A program made the translations under genes and the position numbers. 64,000 nucleotides of DNA from Acidobacteriota bacterium (lineage in GTDB: Bacteria > Acidobacteriota > UBA890 > WLXD01), in assembly GCA_963666055.2 (NCBI GenBank), contig CAXWPH010000015.1, forward strand, positions 640,001-704,000. Direction: 5' to 3'. Below the pieces are notes generated by a model. That model was not told the origin of the DNA. It did no database searches and saw only the letters and a list, made by a program, of their open reading frames with translations. How positions within the stretch are numbered: the stretch's first letter is position 1; the number at the start of each line of letters is the position of its first letter. Below are positions 57,219 through 64,000 of this stretch, in pieces.

Positions 57219-57442
57219 CGTCTCCTCTTGGATCACCGGCGCTACGCGGCGTTCGTTCGGTGCCGGCGCCTCCTGCTCGGAGGGCACCGGTAGCGCGAGA
57301 AACCGCAGCGCTCCTGGCCCGGTGTCGAAATATACAGCGCTCATGGACCCAGTCAACGATTGCTCCTCCGGCAGGGCCCCTCGGGGCTCCGAATCGATAG
57401 AATCCAGACATCCGACCGAAACCCGATGCAAGGAGAGCTCCG

Positions 57443-59485
57443 ATGAAGGCACGATCGTTGATTCTGGCTGCGGCTCTGTTGTCATCGTCCGTGGGGATCG
57501 CGGCCGAGACACAGCAAGCGACCCCGGCCGAGCTGCGAGTACAACCCACCGAGCTGCGACTCGACGTAGGTGACACGGCGCAGATCCTCGCGACGGTGGT
57601 AGATGCCGAGGGCAATGCGGTGAGCGCACCGGTGGTCTACCTCTCGCTGTCACGCCGCGACCTGTGGGTCGGCCAGGACGGGCGCGTCGAGGCCAGAAGA
57701 CCGGGCGAGTTCAGCATCGTCGTACGGGTCCCGACCGAGCCCCAGGCCGCCAACTCGAGGGCCGATGCGATTCTGGAGGCGCGAGTTCGCGTCACCATAG
57801 CGCCGTCGGCGATCAGCGAGGTCACATTCGTCGACGCACCAACTCGCTTCTACGCCGATTCGGTCGTCCAACTGGACGTCCGCGCAGCCACCGCCGACGG
57901 TGCCTTCCGCAGCAACCCGGAGGCGCGTTACTCCACGGAAGACAGTGCCGTGGCCAGCGTCGATGACCGCGGTTATCTGAGGCTCTTGAGCGCCGGCCGA
58001 ACGCAAGTAGTTGCGCGCGTCGACGAGGTCAGCGCGGTGCTCCCCATCACCGTCGAGGCGAACCCCATTGCTTCGGTGACGCTCGACGCCAACATGACCG
58101 AAGCACGCACCGGTGACGTGATCCGATTTACGGCCACGCCGCGCGATGCACAGGGCGCCGCCGTACCCGGGGCACCGGTTCTCTACACGTTCCGGGCAGA
58201 TACCGTCGAGCAAGGTGCGGGCGAGCCGCCGTCGGGCATGATCGCCGACGACGGGCGGTTCGTGGCCGATCTTCCGGGCACATACAGCATCGTCGCAGTC
58301 TCCGGCGGCCAGTCAGCAGTGCGTACCGTGCACATCGAGCCGCGCGGCGCTCGCCGGGATATCGAGCTCGTCGGACAGGGTCCAGTGCGTGACCGGTTCG
58401 GCTCCGACCTGTGGGTCTGGGAGGCAACGGACGGCCGCGACTACGCGATCACTGGAACCTGGGGTGCCGAGGGTCACGCGTACTTCTGGGACGTCACCGA
58501 CCCGGCGAACATGAAGATCGTCGACGTCGTGCTCGTCGACGCGCGCACGGTCAACGACGTGAAGGTCTCCGAAGACGGCCGTATTGCCGTGATAAGTCGC
58601 GAGGGAGCATCGAACCGGCGCAACGGCCTGGTGATTCTGGACGTGTCGAACCCCTCCGAGGGGGTGCGCGTGCTGTCGCGCTATGACGACCAGCTCACCG
58701 GTGGGGTCCACAACGTCTTTATCTACGACAACCACGTGTACGCGCTATCGGCTGGACGCAGATACGACATCATCAACATCGAGGATCCAGGCAATCCACA
58801 TCGGGTCGGCAGCTTCGAGCTCGACACCCCGGGGCACGCCATCCACGACGTCTGGGTCGTGGACGGCGTGGCGTACTCATCGAACTGGGTCGACGGAGTG
58901 GTCGCAGTCGATGTCGGCGGCGGCGGCAAGGGCGGCTCGCCGCGCAACCCGGTGATGCTGGGGAGCTATACCTATCCGAGCGGCTGGAACCATGCCGCGG
59001 TCCCCTACCGCAGCAAATCGACCGGCAGGCGGTACGTGTTTGCGGGCGATGAGGCAGCGCGAGGCCGTCCTGGACGTCCGGAGTTCAGTGAGGGGACGCC
59101 CGGCTACGAGAACGAGCCCGAGCGCTTCAAGGGCTGGATCCACATCATCGAGTGGGACGACTGGGACAACCCGAAGGAGGTAGCCCGCTACGAGGTGCCG
59201 GAGGCGGGGACCCACAACATCTGGGTCGAGGACGACATTCTCTATGTCGGCTACTATGCGGGCGGTCTGCGCGTCGTGGACGTTTCCGGCGAGCTCATGG
59301 GCGACCTGTACCGCCAGGGGCGCGAGATCGCCTACTTCAAGTCGCTCGACCCGGAGGGCTTCGTGCCAAACGCTCCGCTAGTGTGGGGCGCTCAGCCGTA
59401 CAAGGGCAACATCTTTTTTGTCGACGGCCACTCTGGTCTCTGGGCCGTCCGACTTGTCGACTCCGGAACAGCATCCGACGAATAG
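57443..59485 (+). CDS. Exported Ig-like (Big_2) + LVIVD-repeat protein
   Basis: Same architecture as 46791-48797, with long identical peptides (DGRDYAITGTWGA, REGASNRRNG, DQ/NLTGGVHN). Confidence 0.82.
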   Translation: MKARSLILAAALLSSSVGIAAETQQATPAELRVQPTELRLDVGDTAQILATVVDAEGNAVSAPVVYLSLSRRDLWVGQDGRVEARRPGEFSIVVRVPTEPQAANSRADAILEARVRVTIAPSAISEVTFVDAPTRFYADSVVQLDVRAATADGAFRSNPEARYSTEDSAVASVDDRGYLRLLSAGRTQVVARVDEVSAVLPITVEANPIASVTLDANMTEARTGDVIRFTATPRDAQGAAVPGAPVLYTFRADTVEQGAGEPPSGMIADDGRFVADLPGTYSIVAVSGGQSAVRTVHIEPRGARRDIELVGQGPVRDRFGSDLWVWEATDGRDYAITGTWGAEGHAYFWDVTDPANMKIVDVVLVDARTVNDVKVSEDGRIAVISREGASNRRNGLVILDVSNPSEGVRVLSRYDDQLTGGVHNVFIYDNHVYALSAGRRYDIINIEDPGNPHRVGSFELDTPGHAIHDVWVVDGVAYSSNWVDGVVAVDVGGGGKGGSPRNPVMLGSYTYPSGWNHAAVPYRSKSTGRRYVFAGDEAARGRPGRPEFSEGTPGYENEPERFKGWIHIIEWDDWDNPKEVARYEVPEAGTHNIWVEDDILYVGYYAGGLRVVDVSGELMGDLYRQGREIAYFKSLDPEGFVPNAPLVWGAQPYKGNIFFVDGHSGLWAVRLVDSGTASDE

Positions 59486-59541
59486 CCTCACGCTGATCTG
59501 ATCGGCGTCCGGAACGCTCCCCAGTGCGGAACACCTGTGGG

Positions 59542-62223
59542 TCAGTGAGCCGGGCCGAAGAACACGGCGTTCAGGAACAACAGGTTCAGTCCATCGGTGT
59601 AGGCACGGAAGTTCGGCTCTTCGGCAAATGCGACCACGTGGCCGCTGCCGTGGGGTTGGTGCATCAGATAGGCGGTGTCGGCGAATGTGGCGGCGGAGTC
59701 AGGCCAAACGAAACCGCTCAGCACGAGATCATCCTCGCCAGAGTAGAGCGCGACGTTGGTGCCGTCGGTGATCTCGAGCGGGCGAAACACGTTACCGGTG
59801 TCGACCATCACGTTGGCGTCGCCGTCATAGCCTGCCGACAGCCAATGGTCGGGATCGAGCTGCACTCGGAAGATCGCCCCCGGTACACGGTACGGCAGTC
59901 GCGTCTCCTGCCCCTCGGTGCCTTCCGGCCGGCCGTCGCGTAGCTGGCGAGCGGTAGACAGCAGCCCGACGCCCTCGGTAGTGAGCCATGACGTGGCGTC
60001 GCGGAAGGTGATCAGGGTGCCGCCGGCACGCACCCAACGGCGGATGCGCTCGGCTCCCGATCGCCCTAGCGCCTCGTCGTAGCCGCCGCGCCGCGGATGG
60101 GGCAGCACCAACACGTTGAAGTCATCGAGCCCGTCAGCCACCAGTCGTCGCGTCGGGATGACCGTCACCGGATAGTCGTAGGACTGCTCGAGTAAATAGC
60201 GCGTCCACCCGGCTGACGAGGGATCGGTGGGTATGTCGTAGGCGATCGCCACCTTGATCGGCGGAATGAACCGCACGTCGGGGCTGCCAAAGTTGATGCC
60301 CTCTTCGACCCACGATGAATCGACAGCGTAGATCTGAGCACCGGTATCAGCCGCAACGCGCTCGAGCGTCGCGTGCAGAGTCTCGGGATTCTCCCTCACG
60401 TCGACGATCAGTGAGCCACGCGGAAAATGTACGCCGTCCGCCTGCATCGTCGCGTTGGCTGTCCGCACCCGTAGTCCCTCGCGCAACATGCGCGCCAACG
60501 CCCGAGCGGTGTCGTTGTGCCCCCATGGCAGCAGGTAGGCGAGCTGCGCGACGCCACCGTGCACACGGCCGATAGGAGCGGGAGGCTCGCTGAGCAGGAG
60601 AAACTCGCCTGTCGACGGCGTCTCCGCCTGGTAGGCGTCGAGATCGTGGATCAGGGGGAGCGACCAGGCGCTGATGTCGTAGATCTGATGATCGAGTCCG
60701 GCAGCGTAGCGACGCAATTGCTCGTCGACGAACGGCTGGTCCATCGGCAGATCCTCGACCATCAGCATTTTCACCAGGTGCTTGGTCGGCTGCGCTAGCG
60801 AGACGACGTACGTTCCGGCCTCGAACTGTTGCGCGCCGACGGGCCCGCCGTAATAGTCGCGCACCCGCTGGTTGGTGAACGGTGCTGTTGCCCGCCTCAC
60901 TTCGATACCCTGTGCCATGAGCAGCGCAGCCGTACGGTCGCGCCGACCAGGATCACGACCGGGCGGCAAGATGTACTCCTTGACGGTCTCCGCAGCACCC
61001 TCGGCAATAGCGTCGCGGCGGAATTCGTAGAAGCCTCGCAGCACCGCCTGACGATTCGTCGCCGTGGTCTCCGCCGTTGCCAGGGAGGCGGTGAAGTGAC
61101 GCTGCACGCTGTCACGGTAACGCCACACACTGTCGTCGTTCCGCTGCACGACCAAGCCCCCGACCCCGGCGACCTCGTAGGTCATGCCTATGGAGCCCTG
61201 TGCCAGCGGCCAGCCATCCCCATAGCCTGGATAGAACGAGTCGAACACCTGCCGGGTGTAGTAGGCGAATCCCATGCGATCGAACCAGCGGGCGTTGTTC
61301 TCACCGTACAGAGCGAGTCCATCGAGTTGTGCCGGAGTCCACTCCGGGTTAATGGGCGGCGCCGGCGGCGCGAAGTAGTACGACCCGTTCGTTCCCATCT
61401 CGTGCAGGTCCGGATGCACCTGCGGGAACCAATCGAGGAACGCCTTCGTGCGGCCGCGCGACTCGATCTGCGTCTGCGCGAACCAGTCGCGGTTGATATC
61501 GAACAGGTAGTGGCTGTACCGACCGCCCGGCCACGCCTGATCGCGCTCGTTGGCCAACGGGTGCGCATCAGGCGTTCGGCCGCGAGTCTGCCTATAGTGC
61601 TGAACCACGCGGGCGCGGCCGTCGGGGTTCTGCATCGCATCGATGATCACGATGCTGTTGTCGAGCACGGTACGCACCACCGGGTCATCGACCACTGCCA
61701 CCAGGTGGTAAGCAGTGAGCATCGCGGCGACGCTGCTCGAAATCTCGTCGCCATGCACGCCGTAGGCGAGCCAGGTGATCGAGGGCAGCGATGCAATCAG
61801 CTCCTCGGCAGCCGCATCACCGAGCGACCGCGGATCAGCCAGCTGCTGCATACCGGCCTGAACCTCATCCAGGCGAGCCATGTTCGCCTCGGAGGCCACG
61901 ACCATATAGTGCAAAGGGCGGCCCTCCCAACTGCTTCCGTACTGGACGAGCTTGGTGCGTGGTGAGGCCGTGTCGAGGGCGCGGAGATACTGGGTGACTT
62001 CCTCGGGCGAGGTAATGCGCTCGGCCCAGGCATGGCCGACGATCTCCTCGAGCGTCGGCACCGAAGGCTCATACTCGGCGCCCGGATAGAGCGGCAACGA
62101 AACGGCAGAGTCTCCGCTATCGGTGATCGGCGCGAGTTGCTGCCCGGTGGGCGACGCCAGCGCGGTTGCATGCAGCGCTGCGACCAGGAAGACCAACCCA
62201 TATCTGCGTGCTGCACGGTGCAT
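59542..62223 (-). CDS. Exported M14 zinc carboxypeptidase-like protein with a C-terminal glutamine amidotransferase-like domain
   Basis: VHGDE, QNPDG, DINRDW, DLHEMG, FDSFYPGYG, YDISAWSLP. Start ATG 62223. Confidence 0.9.
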   Translation of the reverse strand: MHRAARRYGLVFLVAALHATALASPTGQQLAPITDSGDSAVSLPLYPGAEYEPSVPTLEEIVGHAWAERITSPEEVTQYLRALDTASPRTKLVQYGSSWEGRPLHYMVVASEANMARLDEVQAGMQQLADPRSLGDAAAEELIASLPSITWLAYGVHGDEISSSVAAMLTAYHLVAVVDDPVVRTVLDNSIVIIDAMQNPDGRARVVQHYRQTRGRTPDAHPLANERDQAWPGGRYSHYLFDINRDWFAQTQIESRGRTKAFLDWFPQVHPDLHEMGTNGSYYFAPPAPPINPEWTPAQLDGLALYGENNARWFDRMGFAYYTRQVFDSFYPGYGDGWPLAQGSIGMTYEVAGVGGLVVQRNDDSVWRYRDSVQRHFTASLATAETTATNRQAVLRGFYEFRRDAIAEGAAETVKEYILPPGRDPGRRDRTAALLMAQGIEVRRATAPFTNQRVRDYYGGPVGAQQFEAGTYVVSLAQPTKHLVKMLMVEDLPMDQPFVDEQLRRYAAGLDHQIYDISAWSLPLIHDLDAYQAETPSTGEFLLLSEPPAPIGRVHGGVAQLAYLLPWGHNDTARALARMLREGLRVRTANATMQADGVHFPRGSLIVDVRENPETLHATLERVAADTGAQIYAVDSSWVEEGINFGSPDVRFIPPIKVAIAYDIPTDPSSAGWTRYLLEQSYDYPVTVIPTRRLVADGLDDFNVLVLPHPRRGGYDEALGRSGAERIRRWVRAGGTLITFRDATSWLTTEGVGLLSTARQLRDGRPEGTEGQETRLPYRVPGAIFRVQLDPDHWLSAGYDGDANVMVDTGNVFRPLEITDGTNVALYSGEDDLVLSGFVWPDSAATFADTAYLMHQPHGSGHVVAFAEEPNFRAYTDGLNLLFLNAVFFGPAH

Positions 62224-62344
62224 GATGCCTCCGGAGTCGTCTCTCATGTTCGGGCTAGTATCTCGTTGCCCGGCGCCGCTTCTCAAGCAAGCGCGTGGTA
62301 ACAGTGGGCGCAGCTGGCTACCTGCATTCCTCCTGGAGGTATCG

Positions 62345-64000
62345 ATGCGACTCGGTCGTGTTCTCGTATTCGCAGGATTGAGTGTCACCATATTAGCTTT
62401 GACGGTGGCAGCCCAGGATCGAAATCCACACGGAATGCCCATTGTCGGCTACGCCGATCGAATGACCGTGCAGCCGGGCGAGACCATCCGGTTCATGGTG
62501 AGCAGCCTCGCGTCGCAGTATCGCGCCGAAATCGTGCGGCTGATCCACAGCGACCCTAATCCCAACGGCCCGGGAATCAAGGAGGAGCCCGTCGAATCCA
62601 CCGTCAGCGGGCCATACCCGGGACAGTTTCAGCCGCTTCCGAACGGCTCCTACGTCACAGTGCCCGACGATCCGAGGCTGCGACCGAGCACCAGCTTCAC
62701 CATCCAGGCATGGATCTACGCCACCACACCGGACAAAGGACAGCAGGGGATCGTCACCAAATGGTCGGCGGCCGACGGCGCCGGCTACGGTCTCGGGCTC
62801 GACGAGTCCGGGCAGCTGGCGCTTTGGATGAGCGACGGAGCCGGGCAGCTGGCCGCGGTGAACAGCGGAGCGCCGCTGGCACAGTCGTATCCGCGCTCCG
62901 ATCCCCCCGGCTACAACCTCACCACGCTGCCGCCGCGCGCCACCACCTGGTACTTCGTCGCCGCCTCGTTCGACGCTGATGCCGGCAAGATCACGCTCTA
63001 CCAAGAGCCGGCCAGCTGGTGGCCTGGCGACGCCTCGCGGAAAATCGTGGAGCACGCCACGGACGTTCGATCCGTTCATCACACCGAGGCTCCCCTGCTC
63101 ATCGCCGCAGGGTGGAATCGCTGGACCGCGGAGGACCCCACACCAGGCGGGTTCTTCAACGGCAAGATCGACAGCCCACGTCTGTTCGACCGTGCCTTGA
63201 GCGCTGATGAGATTGCGGCGCTCAGGCAGGGCTCGGCTCCCGTGCGGCCGACTGCCGCATGGAATTTCGCCGCCGATATGTCGTCACGCCGGATTGCCGA
63301 CGGCTCGTCCAACGGCGTCCATGGCACGACCGTGAACATGCCCACACGAGCTGTTACCGGCCATAACTGGAGCGGCGACGAGGTCGACTTCAAGCGTGCT
63401 CCCGAGCAATACGCCGCCATCCACTTCCATGATGACGACATGGACGACGCCAAGTGGGACGTCGCCTTCGAATACACCGTGCCCGAGGGACTACGCAGCG
63501 GCGTCTATGCGGCCCGTCTACGCGCCGGCGACGCCGAAGACTCGGTACCGTTCTTCGTGCGACCCAAGAAGGGCACCCACAACGCCGCGATCGCGCTGCT
63601 GATTCCGACCTTCAGCTACCTGGCGTATGCGAACAGCTTTGACCCCACTACGCCAGAGCTACGCGGCCAATACGACCACCACTCCGACGGCAGCGGCGTG
63701 GCCTACTCCTCGGTGCTTCGACCGAAGCTCGACATTCGCCCGAACGTCCCTTCGAACAACCCGTGGGAGTTCATCGCCGACATGCATCTGGTTGACTGGC
63801 TCGAGGCGAAGGAATTCGCATACGACGTCATCACCGACCATGCGCTGCACGCCGAAGGCCGCGAGCTGTTAGACCCGTATCGGGTGGTGGTCACCGGAAC
63901 GCACCCGGAGTACTACTCGCTGCAGATGCTCGACGCCGTGGACGAGTATCTGCAGGCCGGTGGACGCATCATGTACATGGGCGGCAACGGCTTCTACTGG
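62345..64000 (+). CDS. N,N-dimethylformamidase large (beta) subunit-like protein with signal peptide and LamG-like insert; runs off the window
   Basis: Manual translation: MRLGRVLVFAGLSVTILALTVAA-QDRNPHGMPIVGYADRMTVQPGETIRFMVS...VRLIHSDPNPNGPG, FNGKIDSP, IHFHDDD, PTFSYLAYAN, YDHHSDGSG, HPEYYS, GGNGFYW. GGAGG RBS. Not in the ORF track. Confidence 0.9.
   Translation, partial: MRLGRVLVFAGLSVTILALTVAAQDRNPHGMPIVGYADRMTVQPGETIRFMVSSLASQYRAEIVRLIHSDPNPNGPGIKEEPVESTVSGPYPGQFQPLPNGSYVTVPDDPRLRPSTSFTIQAWIYATTPDKGQQGIVTKWSAADGAGYGLGLDESGQLALWMSDGAGQLAAVNSGAPLAQSYPRSDPPGYNLTTLPPRATTWYFVAASFDADAGKITLYQEPASWWPGDASRKIVEHATDVRSVHHTEAPLLIAAGWNRWTAEDPTPGGFFNGKIDSPRLFDRALSADEIAALRQGSAPVRPTAAWNFAADMSSRRIADGSSNGVHGTTVNMPTRAVTGHNWSGDEVDFKRAPEQYAAIHFHDDDMDDAKWDVAFEYTVPEGLRSGVYAARLRAGDAEDSVPFFVRPKKGTHNAAIALLIPTFSYLAYANSFDPTTPELRGQYDHHSDGSGVAYSSVLRPKLDIRPNVPSNNPWEFIADMHLVDWLEAKEFAYDVITDHALHAEGRELLDPYRVVVTGTHPEYYSLQMLDAVDEYLQAGGRIMYMGGNGFYW

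Overview
GC-rich bacterial DNA, probably from an Acidobacteriota member (inferred from an ADOP-type permease remnant and DUF5916, VPS10 and LVIVD exported proteins). About 40 genes, dominated by exported amide/peptide-bond hydrolases: five amidohydrolases, S9/M14/M20/M24 peptidases, two CocE/NonD, a Tat-signal HDAC and a signal-peptide-bearing DMFase large subunit. Features the ORF track misses or splits: (1) a family of CTAG-flanked non-autonomous repeat elements with 34-bp terminal inverted repeats, built from a conserved, covarying hairpin module (GGCGATG-N7-CATCGT), seen as full, nested and collapsed copies that often sit on TAG stop codons; (2) a stand-alone PrdB/GrdB-like selenoprotein with an in-frame UGA (UxxC) and a SECIS-like hairpin; (3) a GltS symporter split by an in-frame TAG; (4) a COG2403/arginine synthetase-like gene at the left edge; (5) several eroded genes. 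I saw no rRNA, tRNA, CRISPR array or transposase. All product calls come from motif recognition only, and many starts are re-assigned relative to the ORF track.
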